Origin: an uncultured Actinomycetes bacterium
Lineage (GTDB): Bacteria; Actinomycetota; Thermoleophilia; Gaiellales; JAICJC01
Direction: 5' to 3'
Length of the DNA stretch: 64,000 bases
Assembly: GCA_963813245.1 (NCBI GenBank)
Contig: CAWEYE010000010.1
Span: forward strand, 185,053 to 249,052
In this document: positions 54,160-64,000 of the stretch, in pieces
How the letters are laid out: every line of letters starts with the position of its first letter
Position numbering within the stretch: the stretch's first letter is position 1
Made by a program: the position numbers and the translations under genes
The notes under the pieces: model-generated
Told to the model about the DNA's origin: nothing
Seen by the model: only the letters and a program-made list of their open reading frames with translations
Databases searched by the model: none

Positions 54160-55059
54160 CTACGAGCGCAGGCGCTCGGCGAGCGTGCGCAGCTTGGAGA
54201 CGTCGGCCACGGCCCCGCGCTCGAAGTACTCGACCGCCGCCCGTCCGATCGCCCGCGTGCCCGAGTAGGCGACGCCGCCCTTGATCACCCAGCCGGCGAC
54301 GGGGACGACATCCAGGAGCTCGCGCGCGGCCGCGCGCAGGCCGAAGCCGGCGCCGAGCAGGCCGAGCAGCTCGACCGCCCGGTCGGGGCCGACCTCGACC
54401 CCGTAGCAGACGCCCAGGTGCAGCATCAGGCGCATCTCGACCGCGGTCAGCAGCGGCATGTCGGCGCCGGGGATCCAGATCGCCGCAGCGATCAGCGCGT
54501 TTCGGCGCGCCGCCGTCTCGATCATCGTCTCGACCACGAGCGGCCGCAGTGCGGGCAGGCGGGCCGCGAGCGCCGGCCCGGACGTGCCGGCCTTCGCGGC
54601 GATCATGCGCAGCACCCGCTTGGCCGGGAAATGGCCGGTCTTGATCGCAAGGACGTTCTCGGGCTCGATGCCACGCACGCGGGTGGCCTCGACCGACGCG
54701 TCCATGGGCAGCTCGACGCCTTCGAGCAGAACGAGTAGCGGACGGTCGGCGCGGCCGACGACCTCGAGGTCGGCCCGCGTCTCGTCGTCGAGGGTGTGCG
54801 TCACCTCACCGCCGTAGACGATCACCGACGCCCGCCGCAGCTGCGCCCGATCCTCCGGCCGCAGCCGCCGGATCGCGAACGACTCGACGGCCGACGTGTT
54901 GCTCCACTTCGCGCCCAGGAGCGCCGCCCGCACCCGCTCGACCGGCGCCGAGCGCCCGCACAGGATCACCGGGCCGACGCCGGTCGCGTCGTCTGAGACC
55001 TCCTTCAGCGCCTTCTGCACCATCGTCGCGGATGCGACCGCCCCGAGCCGCTTGCTCAC
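54160..55059 (-). CDS. DUF697/YcjF-like protein
   Basis: IPGADMPLLT, VPVAGW, TRAIG..YF; GTGA overlap with rodA. Confidence 0.72.
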   Translation of the reverse strand: MSKRLGAVASATMVQKALKEVSDDATGVGPVILCGRSAPVERVRAALLGAKWSNTSAVESFAIRRLRPEDRAQLRRASVIVYGGEVTHTLDDETRADLEVVGRADRPLLVLLEGVELPMDASVEATRVRGIEPENVLAIKTGHFPAKRVLRMIAAKAGTSGPALAARLPALRPLVVETMIETAARRNALIAAAIWIPGADMPLLTAVEMRLMLHLGVCYGVEVGPDRAVELLGLLGAGFGLRAAARELLDVVPVAGWVIKGGVAYSGTRAIGRAAVEYFERGAVADVSKLRTLAERLRS

Positions 55060-56210
55060 CTGGCGTACACCGGCTCGTCGGCGGTCTGGGCGTGGACGTG
55101 GATCGCCTGCAGCACCCCGATCGCGAGCAGGTTCGTGATCGTGTGCGAGCCGCCGAAGCTCATGAACGGCAGCGGGATCCCGGTCACGGGCGCAAGGCCG
55201 ATGGTCATGCCGATGTTGATGAAGATCTGGAAGAGCAGCATCGACACCACCCCGGCCGCCACCAGGCTGCCGAAGGTCGAGCGCGACTTGGTGATCACCT
55301 TCAACCCTCGCCACAGGAGCAGCGCGTAGAGGCAGATCAGCCACGCCGCGCCCACGAAGCCACGCTCCTCGCCCACCACGGCGAACACGAAGTCGGTGGG
55401 TGCCTCGGGCAGGAAGCCGAGCGAGGTCTGCGTCGCGCCGACCTGCGGCGTTCCCGGCGCCGTCGCGCCGGTGCCCGTGCCGCCCAGGCCGCCGTGCGAC
55501 ACCGCGATCACCGACTGGTGCAGCTGGAAGCCGTTGCCCTGCGTGTCGTTCGGGTTGGGGTGCAGGAAGTCGGTCAGGCGTGAGATCTGGTAGCCGTGCA
55601 CCACCTGCACGCCCATCCCCGGCAGGATCGAGAACACGAGCGCGACGGTCACCGCGACGGCGATCGCCATCCAGACGAAGTGCTGCCAGGGGATGCCGTA
55701 GACGAAGAGCATCCCGAGCATGATCGCCACGTAGACGAGCGTGGTGCCGAAGTCGGGCTCCTTGAACACGAGCATCGCCGGCAGGAGCACGTAGAGGATC
55801 GCAAGCAGCGTCAGCCGGGCCGGGCCGGTGATGCCGCGGCGCGAGGCCAGCACCGCCGCCAGGCCGACGATCAGCAGCAGCTTGGCGAACTCCGACGGCT
55901 GGAACTGGAAGGCGCTCAGGTTGATCCAGCGCTTGCCGCCGCCGATCGAGGTGCCGGCCGCGAGCACGGCCGCGGTGCTCAGCAGCACGAAGGCGTAGAG
56001 CGCCCAGCGCACGCGCCGCATCAGCGTCGGCGGCACCGCCGCGACGGCGAGCATCCCGACCGTGCCCACGACGACGTACAGCACCTGGTGGCCGTAGAGA
56101 TTGCCCGCGTAGTGGCGCGAGACCGTCTGCATGATCCACAGGCCGAAGGCCGAGATCGAGAGGGCGGTCGCCAGCATCAGATAGTCGAGGTGGCGCAGGT
56201 AGTGGTTCAT
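55056..56210 (-). CDS. rodA: Rod shape-determining protein RodA (SEDS)
   Basis: KRWI, QPSEFAK, PDFGT, LPEAPTDFVF, EERG, GIPLPFMSFGGS. Confidence 0.95.
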   Translation of the reverse strand: MNHYLRHLDYLMLATALSISAFGLWIMQTVSRHYAGNLYGHQVLYVVVGTVGMLAVAAVPPTLMRRVRWALYAFVLLSTAAVLAAGTSIGGGKRWINLSAFQFQPSEFAKLLLIVGLAAVLASRRGITGPARLTLLAILYVLLPAMLVFKEPDFGTTLVYVAIMLGMLFVYGIPWQHFVWMAIAVAVTVALVFSILPGMGVQVVHGYQISRLTDFLHPNPNDTQGNGFQLHQSVIAVSHGGLGGTGTGATAPGTPQVGATQTSLGFLPEAPTDFVFAVVGEERGFVGAAWLICLYALLLWRGLKVITKSRSTFGSLVAAGVVSMLLFQIFINIGMTIGLAPVTGIPLPFMSFGGSHTITNLLAIGVLQAIHVHAQTADEPVYAR

Positions 56211-58219
56211 CGCGACTGGTCCTGCCCGGCGTGGAACACGAACTGGCGTTGCGGTGCGAAGAACGACTGGAACACGCTCGCCGCCACCGGCGCGGCCGAG
56301 ACGCCGCCGTGGCCGCCGTTGTGGATGAACGCCACGACGACCAGCGAGCGGTTGCCCTGCGACGCCCAGCCCGCCCACCAGGCGTCGGCGCAGTTCGGGC
56401 AGGTCGCGGTCGGCACCTCGGCGGTGCCGGTCTTGCCGTACACCGTGGGCGAGAAGTGGCCGAAGGTGGCGGTCGAGGTGCCGTCGCCGGCGTGGGTGGC
56501 TCCGTACAGGCCGAGCTTGATCTCGGCGAGCAGCGTCGGGGAGAGCTTCAGCCGCCGCACCGGCCGCGGATCGATCGCCCCGCCCGGCGCGACCTGGGTC
56601 GTGCTGCCGGGCTGGAGGATGGCCTCGCCGACGTGCGGGGTGACGACGTCGCCGCCGTTCTCGAGGGCGGCGTAGGCGACCGCCTGCTGCAGCGGCGAGA
56701 CGAGCAGGTTGCCCTGGCCGATCGACATGTTGATGTCGTCGCCGGGGAGCCAGCTCTGCTCGATCTGCTGCTGCGCCGGCGTGCCGAGCCAGTTCTGCTC
56801 GGCCTTCCACAGATGGTCGGGCACGACGCCCGCCTGCGCGCCGCCGGCGTCAAGCGGCGGCGCCGTCCCGTAGCCGAGCTGGCGGATCCAGCTCTGGAAC
56901 TGGTCGTTGCGGCCCCAGAACAAGTCGCCGAGCTGATAGAAGAACGTGTCACAGGAGACCTCGAGCGCCTTCGAGAGATCCATCGATCCCATCGAGAGCG
57001 GCGTCCAGTCGTGGAACACGGTCTTCTGTTTGGCGATGTCGTTGCGCGAGATGTACTGCCCCGGGCAGTCGAGCCTCTGCCCCGGCGCGAGGATGCCCGA
57101 CTCGTAAGCCGCCGTCGCCGTGATCGGCTTGAAGGTCGAGCCGGCCGGATACGTGCCCTGGAACGCCTTGTCGTAGGCCGGCGTGAGCTTGCTCTTGAAC
57201 ACGGCGCCCGAGCCCTTGTACGGCGGCACGTGCACCATCGGGCTGTACGTCGGCCCCGACGCCATCGCGTAGATGGCGCCGTTGGAGGGGTTCATCGCCA
57301 CCACCGCCCCGTAGTCGGCCGGCTGGCCGTCGAGATGGGCGATCCCGAGCCCCTGCACGATCGCCGCCTGCGCCGCGCGCTGGAGCTTGGCGTCGATGGT
57401 CAGGCGCAGGTTGTTGCCCGGCACCGGCGACTGGGTCAGGTAGGCCGGGCCGACGGGCGCGCCGGAGGGGTCGACCGTCTCCTGGATCTGGCCGTCCTGG
57501 CCGCGCAGGTAGCGGTCGTACGTCTTCTCGACGCCGCCCTGGCCGGCGGTGCCGATCGTCGGCAGCTTCTCGCCGTAGGAGCGATCGTGGATGTTCTCGG
57601 CCGTGATCGCGCCCACGAATCCGATCAGGTTGGGGTTGATCGGGCCGAACTCGCGCAGCGACGGGTAGCTGCGCTGGTACAGATGCTCGAACTGGACGCC
57701 GGCGAAGAGCCACCGGCGCTCGAGGACGTACGCGGTCATGCGCCGGTCGACGGCGAACGGCAGGGTCACCGGGTAGCCCGGGTTGGCGCTCGCCAGGCGG
57801 GCGAACACGTGCCACATGTGCGGGTAGGGCACGGCCAGCACCCAGGCCAGCCGCTTCAGCACCCGGCACGGCGGCACGAGCGGCACCGGCTGCTTCGACC
57901 CGAGCGTGGTGACGCACGCCACCTGGCCGAGCCGGGCGGCGTCGACCTGCACGGCGATCGCAGCGGTGTTCGAGACGAGCACGTTGCCGTTGCGATCGAG
58001 GATCTCGCCCCGCGGCGAGGGCACGTCGATCGTGCGCACGCTGTTCTGTGCCGCGGCCGCGACGTACTGGTCGGAGTGCAGCACCTGCAGCGCCCACAGC
58101 CGGAAGAGCAGGACGCCGAGCAGCACCGCCGCGATCACGCCGAGCGTCGCCGCCCGGATTGCCAGAGGCACCGGGTCGGGCGTCGCCTCGGGTCTAGACG
58201 GCGGTCGCTGTAGATACAT
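56207..58219 (-). CDS. mrdA: Penicillin-binding protein 2
   Basis: PRGEILDRNG, STFK (SxxK), SCD, KTGTAE. Confidence 0.93.
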   Translation of the reverse strand: MYLQRPPSRPEATPDPVPLAIRAATLGVIAAVLLGVLLFRLWALQVLHSDQYVAAAAQNSVRTIDVPSPRGEILDRNGNVLVSNTAAIAVQVDAARLGQVACVTTLGSKQPVPLVPPCRVLKRLAWVLAVPYPHMWHVFARLASANPGYPVTLPFAVDRRMTAYVLERRWLFAGVQFEHLYQRSYPSLREFGPINPNLIGFVGAITAENIHDRSYGEKLPTIGTAGQGGVEKTYDRYLRGQDGQIQETVDPSGAPVGPAYLTQSPVPGNNLRLTIDAKLQRAAQAAIVQGLGIAHLDGQPADYGAVVAMNPSNGAIYAMASGPTYSPMVHVPPYKGSGAVFKSKLTPAYDKAFQGTYPAGSTFKPITATAAYESGILAPGQRLDCPGQYISRNDIAKQKTVFHDWTPLSMGSMDLSKALEVSCDTFFYQLGDLFWGRNDQFQSWIRQLGYGTAPPLDAGGAQAGVVPDHLWKAEQNWLGTPAQQQIEQSWLPGDDINMSIGQGNLLVSPLQQAVAYAALENGGDVVTPHVGEAILQPGSTTQVAPGGAIDPRPVRRLKLSPTLLAEIKLGLYGATHAGDGTSTATFGHFSPTVYGKTGTAEVPTATCPNCADAWWAGWASQGNRSLVVVAFIHNGGHGGVSAAPVAASVFQSFFAPQRQFVFHAGQDQSR

Positions 58220-58736
58220 TGGCGCGCATGCGGGCCGGTCGGAAGAGCCGCCGCAGGAGCGGCAGCAGGATCAGGGCGAGCAGGGTCGTCTGCAGGATCG
58301 AGGGCACGATCTGATGCCACACGAGGTAGCCGATGTCATAGCCGTAGCCGAGCAGCACCTCGACGGCGACGAGGGCGATCTCGACGAGCAGCGCGCCCGC
58401 GATCACCCAGGGCAGCGGCCGCGGCGGCGCCGGCTCGAGCATGCCCGCGCCCGCCTCGCCCCGGCCCGAGAACGTGGTCACGGCCCAGGCGCACGCCAGG
58501 TAGGCGAGCGACGTCATGCCGAGGTGCTGGTAGAGCAGGGCGTCGAGCAGGAAACCGCCGGCGAACCCGGCCACCGCGGCCAGCTCGAGCCCGCGCCAGA
58601 GCGCCAGCGCCACGACCAGGATCGCGACCAGGTCGGGCCCGCCGCCGAGCGGATAGAACTGCGGCGTGACGGACACCTGCACGACGACCAGGACGAACAC
58701 GCACACGAGCGCCTTCAGATAGTCGAGCCCCGCCAC
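58194..58736 (-). CDS. mreD: Rod shape-determining protein MreD
   Basis: Hydrophobic, PDL and GFLLD motifs; lies between mreC and mrdA. Confidence 0.85.
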   Translation of the reverse strand: MAGLDYLKALVCVFVLVVVQVSVTPQFYPLGGGPDLVAILVVALALWRGLELAAVAGFAGGFLLDALLYQHLGMTSLAYLACAWAVTTFSGRGEAGAGMLEPAPPRPLPWVIAGALLVEIALVAVEVLLGYGYDIGYLVWHQIVPSILQTTLLALILLPLLRRLFRPARMRANVSTATAV

Positions 58737-59599
58737 TAGTGGTGCGTCTCCAGGACGATCACGCCGTCCAGGTTGGTGAAGTCGACGAACGGCGTCACCT
58801 GGATCTGCATGTTGGGGCTGCCGTCGAGGGGCGTCGCCTGGGAGACGCGCCCGATCGCCAGGCCGTCTGGGTACATCGAGTTCAGCCGGCCGCCGCTGCC
58901 GGTGGTGATGACCGTGTCGTTCGTGCGCACGCGCACGGCCTTTGGCACCTGCAGCATGTTCAGCTCGCCCGGCGTGCCCGTGGCCGCGACGATCGTCCCC
59001 ACAGCCCCCTGCTCGCCCAGCACCTCGGCCGTGACGCCCGTGGTCGGATCGAGCAGGAGCTGCACCGTCGCCGTGCTCCCGGTGACCTCGGAGACGCGCC
59101 CGACGAGGCCGCCGCCGTCGGACGACGGCGCCACCACGGCGTCGTTCTTGCTCACGCCCTGATCGCTGCCGATGCCGATCATGACCGTGTTCGAGAGCAG
59201 CGGGTGGAACTGGACGATCACCGATCCCGAGACGAACTTGAACGACGGGTTCTGCTCGCCCCAATGGGCGAGCGCCCCCAGGGTTGCGACCTGGGCGGCG
59301 AGCTGCGCGTTGCGCGCCGTCGCCAGGCCGAGCTTGACCTTGAGCGTCTTCAGCTCGGCGGTCTGGTTGCGGGCGTGGATGAGGCCGGTCGTCCAGTGCC
59401 AGCCGTCCACGAAGGGCCGGGTGACGCGGTGGGCGACGGACGCGAACGGGGCGGTCAGCTCGACGACCCCACGTTGCATGGAGCCGACGACGCCGGTCGA
59501 CCCCTCCCGATAGGACATCGTCAGGAGCGTGAGCGAGGCGGCGACGAGCAGGCCGACTACGGCCCGCCTGCGTATGACACGGTTCTTGCTTAGAAGCAT
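58736..59599 (-). CDS. mreC: Rod shape-determining protein MreC
   Basis: N-terminal TM plus coiled coil, GLVGRV, TTG, YPDGLAIG. Confidence 0.9.
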   Translation of the reverse strand: MLLSKNRVIRRRAVVGLLVAASLTLLTMSYREGSTGVVGSMQRGVVELTAPFASVAHRVTRPFVDGWHWTTGLIHARNQTAELKTLKVKLGLATARNAQLAAQVATLGALAHWGEQNPSFKFVSGSVIVQFHPLLSNTVMIGIGSDQGVSKNDAVVAPSSDGGGLVGRVSEVTGSTATVQLLLDPTTGVTAEVLGEQGAVGTIVAATGTPGELNMLQVPKAVRVRTNDTVITTGSGGRLNSMYPDGLAIGRVSQATPLDGSPNMQIQVTPFVDFTNLDGVIVLETHH

Positions 59600-59700
59600 T
59601 CCTCAGGGCGGGTCGGAAAGCGCGATTCTACCTGACGGCCCGGAAACTTCCCGCATATGCACGCCAACCCGGGTCCAATCTCCGAAGGGATACTCGGGCC

Positions 59701-59958
59701 ATGAGCAAACAACGCGCACTCACCATCGCCGGCATCGTCGCCGGCGTCTTCTTCATCGCCGTCGCCATCATGTACTGGACGGTGCCGCCAAAGTCGCTGC
59801 CGCTGCCGAACTTCCTCGGGCACGAGAGCGGCGTCTCGGCCGTGCACGTGAAGCACGGCGTTGCCTCGTTCCTGGTCGGGCTGGCCTGCTTCGTCTTCGC
59901 CTGGTTCCAGAGCGGGCCCAAGCGCGAGGGCACCGCCCACCCGGACGTGCAGGCGTAG
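59701..59958 (+). CDS. Small two-TM hypothetical protein
   Basis: Two hydrophobic helices, SLP..FLGHE..HVKHG; GATACT six nt upstream of ATG. Confidence 0.75.
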   Translation: MSKQRALTIAGIVAGVFFIAVAIMYWTVPPKSLPLPNFLGHESGVSAVHVKHGVASFLVGLACFVFAWFQSGPKREGTAHPDVQA

Positions 59959-59966
59959 CGGCTCGG

Positions 59967-60851
59967 TCAGCTGACCGCGAACCAGATCGAGAGCACGATG
60001 CCCTCGACGAAGCAGAACGCCGCAAACGGCGTCAGCCGTTTCGTCTCGAAGTAGCGCATCAGGAAGCGCACCGACAGGTAGGCCGTGAGGGCGGAGCAGA
60101 GCGAGGCGGCCACCGCCGGGCCGCGCACGCCGTTGCCGTCGGAGCCCAGGAGCACCGGGATCTTGAGCACGGCGGCGGCGCCGATGATCGGCGTCGCGAG
60201 CAGGAACGCGAACCGGGCCGCGTCCTCGTTGGAGAGCCCGACCAGGAGGCCGCCCCCCATCGAGGCGCCCGAGCGCGAGAAGCCCGGGATCAGGGCGATG
60301 GCCTGCGACGCTCCCACGCCGACCGAGTCGCGCCAGCTGGCGCGCTCGGCGATGCGATGGTCGCCGTCGGCCTCGCCCTCCGGGACGCCGGGCGCGCGCC
60401 GCCGCAGCCGCTCGGCGAAGAACAGCATGATGCCGTTCAGGATCAGGAAGAACGCCGCCGACTGGGCCGACGCGAACACCGACTGCAGCTTGTCCTGCAG
60501 CAGCAGGCCCAGGATGCCGGCCGGGATCGTCGCCACCACGATCAGCCAGCCGAGCCGCCCGTCCGGGTTAGTGGGCGCGATCTCGCGCTCGCGGAGCGAC
60601 CGCCCCATGCCCGAGAGGATGCGCACCCAGTCGCGCCAGAAGAACCCGAGCAGGACGATGGCCGTCGCCAGGTGGGTCGCCACGAGGAATGCGATGAAGT
60701 ACTTGTCCTCCTGGTGGATGTCCCACCCGAACACGCGCGGCGCGATGACGCTCTGCCCCAGGCTCGAGATCGGGAACAGCTCGGCGAAGCCCTGCAGCAG
60801 GCCGAGCACGACGGCCTGCCCATACGAGATCGGTCCGGCCAACATCAGCAC
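59967..60851 (-). CDS. uppP: Undecaprenyl-diphosphate phosphatase (BacA)
   Basis: QGFAELFPISSLG, HLAT, ATIPA, IPGFSRSG, FAFLLATP. Confidence 0.93.
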   Translation of the reverse strand: MLMLAGPISYGQAVVLGLLQGFAELFPISSLGQSVIAPRVFGWDIHQEDKYFIAFLVATHLATAIVLLGFFWRDWVRILSGMGRSLREREIAPTNPDGRLGWLIVVATIPAGILGLLLQDKLQSVFASAQSAAFFLILNGIMLFFAERLRRRAPGVPEGEADGDHRIAERASWRDSVGVGASQAIALIPGFSRSGASMGGGLLVGLSNEDAARFAFLLATPIIGAAAVLKIPVLLGSDGNGVRGPAVAASLCSALTAYLSVRFLMRYFETKRLTPFAAFCFVEGIVLSIWFAVS

Positions 60852-60885
60852 GAGCTGCCCCCTCGGTCAGTGAGATCGCGCAAAC

Positions 60886-61983
<1,098 letters not shown>

Positions 61984-61999
61984 AAACGGCTAATCGATT

Positions 62000-62572
62000 C
62001 TAGCGTATCGCCGCAGCTGCCATCGCGTCGATCAGCGCCGGGACGGGCAGGCCGACCACGTTTGAGTAGTCGCCGGCGATGGATCGCACGAGCGCCGCCC
62101 CCAGCCCCTGCACCGCGTAGCCCCCGGCGCGGTCGCGCCACTCGCCCGACGCGAGGTACCAATCCAGGTCGCTCGGCGCAAGCGGCGCGAAGGTGACGTC
62201 CGTGACGGCGCTGCGCACATGCTCGACGCCGTCGCAGCGTAGGCACAGGCCCGAGTGCACCGCATGGGTGTTCCCCGAGAGCAGGCTCAGGTACTCGCGG
62301 GCCTGGTCCTCGCCGGCCGGCTTTCCGAGCACACGGCCGCCGACGACGACGATCGTGTCCACTCCCAGGACGCGGTCGCCCTCGACCGACGCCGCCTTCG
62401 CCCGGGCGTGGGCGACGGCGATCTGGGCCGGCTCGCCCGGCAGCTCGGGCTCGTCGTAGTCCGGCGGCACGACGTCGAAGTCGATGCCGAGCATGGTCAG
62501 GAGCGCGCACCGCTGGGGGGAGCGCGATGCCAGCCGCAGCCGGCCGAGGTGCCGCAGCCCCTCCGGGATCAT
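62000..62572 (-). CDS. maf: Maf nucleotide pyrophosphatase
   Basis: [33 protein letters not shown]. Confidence 0.93.
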   Translation of the reverse strand: MIPEGLRHLGRLRLASRSPQRCALLTMLGIDFDVVPPDYDEPELPGEPAQIAVAHARAKAASVEGDRVLGVDTIVVVGGRVLGKPAGEDQAREYLSLLSGNTHAVHSGLCLRCDGVEHVRSAVTDVTFAPLAPSDLDWYLASGEWRDRAGGYAVQGLGAALVRSIAGDYSNVVGLPVPALIDAMAAAAIR

Positions 62573-62994
62573 CCCCGCAGCTCGGAGTCCGCGAAGAAGA
62601 TCGCGATCTCACGAGCGGCGGAGGCGGGCGAGTCGGAGCCGTGGACGACGTTTCGGCCCAGGTCGAGTGCGAAGTCGCCCCGGATCGTGCCCGGCGCCGA
62701 GTCGAGCGGGTTGGTGGCGCCCATCATGGACCGCACCGCCGCGACGGCGCCGAGCCCCTCGATCACCATCGCCACCACCGGCCCGGAGGTGATGAACTCG
62801 ACGAGCTCGGGGTAGAAGGGCTTACCGACGTGCTCGACGTAGTGCTCCGCCGCCTGCTGCTCGCTGACGCGGACGAGCTTCAGGCCGCGCAGCGTGAAGC
62901 CGCGCCGCTCGAAGCGCGAGACGATCTCGCCCACGAGCCGCCGCTCGACGGCATCGGGCTTGACCAGGAACAGGGTGCGCTCGACGTCTGCCAC
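62569..62994 (-). CDS. ndk: Nucleoside-diphosphate kinase
   Basis: [26 protein letters not shown]. Confidence 0.97.
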   Translation of the reverse strand: MADVERTLFLVKPDAVERRLVGEIVSRFERRGFTLRGLKLVRVSEQQAAEHYVEHVGKPFYPELVEFITSGPVVAMVIEGLGAVAAVRSMMGATNPLDSAPGTIRGDFALDLGRNVVHGSDSPASAAREIAIFFADSELRG

Positions 62995-63013
62995 GATCGC
63001 TTGACCGGCCCGC

Positions 63014-63559
63014 TCAGGCCTCGGTCGTGGTGCGCTGGCCGGCGCCGCGCCGCGGCCGCTCCGGCGGGGGCAGGGTCGTGGCCACCGTCTCGCAGTACGG
63101 GCACAGACGCCAGGTCGGGTCGAGCGGGGCCTTGCACCGGCGGCAGGCCTGCTTCAGCTTGGTGCCGCAGTGGGGGCAGGACAGGAAGCTCGCCTCGGAA
63201 GGGTTGCGGCAGTACGGGCACACCGAGTCGGCGCCGAGCCGGCGCTCCATCGCCCGGATCTCGAGCTCGCGCTCGTGCACGTCGGCGATGTACTCCGGCG
63301 GGCGCAGGATCAGGTAGATGAGCACGCCGACGAACGGGAAGCACACGGCCGTGGCGACGCAGACGCCCACGATCACCGGGTCCTCGACCCGCCGGCGGGC
63401 GTCCTTCCACGTCCAGAACACGAGCGCGGCGTAGAGCGCGATGACGAACAGGATCGAGAGCTTCTCGAACGCCGAGAAGTAGCTCGAGCTGAAGAAGTTC
63501 GTGACGCTCGAGAACGAGCCCGAGTCGGTGGTGGTGGTGGGGGTGGTTGCGAAAAGCAC
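63014..63559 (-). CDS. Membrane protein with double zinc ribbon
   Basis: Two TM helices ([17 protein letters not shown]) and four CxxC pairs. Confidence 0.85.
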   Translation of the reverse strand: MLFATTPTTTTDSGSFSSVTNFFSSSYFSAFEKLSILFVIALYAALVFWTWKDARRRVEDPVIVGVCVATAVCFPFVGVLIYLILRPPEYIADVHERELEIRAMERRLGADSVCPYCRNPSEASFLSCPHCGTKLKQACRRCKAPLDPTWRLCPYCETVATTLPPPERPRRGAGQRTTTEA

Positions 63560-63569
63560 GCGAAGTCGC

Positions 63570-64000
63570 TCAGTGTACGGCCGCCGGCGCGGTTCCGGCG
63601 CCGGCTGACCGTGTGGTCAAGTCATGGAGAAGATACAGCGAACCGCAAATGACGACCGCTCCCGACGGCCCGGCCAGGGCCAGGGCGCGCTCTCGAGCCG
63701 CCACCGGGTCCGGCTCGGCCGGCCCTCCGGTGAGCGCGCTCAGTGTATCCGCTGCAAGCGCGCGTGAATTGGTCGATTGTGTAGCAACGATCTCCGGGCA
63801 GACCTGGCGCAGGAGCGCGACCATCGCCCCGACATCCTTCTCGCCGAGGGTCGAGAACACCGCCACGCAGCGGCGATCCCCGACGATGCCCGGCAGCTCG
63901 GACACGAGCCGGCGCATGCCCGCCGGGTTGTGAGCGCCGTCCCAGATCTCGAGCGGCGCGGTGCCGCGCACCTCCATCCGCCCGGGGATGCGCACGGCGA
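63570..64000 (-). CDS. folC: Folylpolyglutamate synthase, 3' part (truncated by the window edge)
   Basis: PGRME, DGAHNP, CGSLYL; canonical position upstream of ndk. Confidence 0.9.
   Translation of the reverse strand, partial: AVRIPGRMEVRGTAPLEIWDGAHNPAGMRRLVSELPGIVGDRRCVAVFSTLGEKDVGAMVALLRQVCPEIVATQSTNSRALAADTLSALTGGPAEPDPVAARERALALAGPSGAVVICGSLYLLHDLTTRSAGAGTAPAAVH

Overview
Very GC-rich actinobacterial chromosome segment. Gene content and order suggest Thermoleophilia/Gaiellales, which is an inference. The right third (45-64 kb, almost all minus strand) is the conserved housekeeping block folC-ndk-maf-mreB-(uppP)-mreC-mreD-mrdA-rodA-radical SAM pair-rne-rplU-rpmA-obg-nadD-rsfS, followed by tRNA-Ala(GGC). 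The left 45 kb is accessory and metabolic: a deoC/ALDH operon, a Zur-controlled Zn ABC transporter, two class III cyclases, a probable oxamate/oxalate operon, an ECF/anti-sigma pair, a DeoR-controlled sugar cluster and two MarR modules. The best candidate for an undescribed system is a stand-alone retron-like locus: an RT (5484-6828) preceded by a ~160-nt region with retron msr/msd architecture and no effector gene nearby. Three families of non-coding interspersed repeats are also visible: a TA-flanked ERIC-like MITE in two covarying copies, a 31-bp CCAATTG palindrome (x4), and 13-bp CAG/CTG-centred palindromes (about 10 copies). Many genes carry indels that look like long-read errors, concentrated at 2.9-4.5, 24.2-26.4 and 31.8-38.7 kb, so coordinates there are approximate. 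All family calls come from motifs read by eye; no database searches were run.
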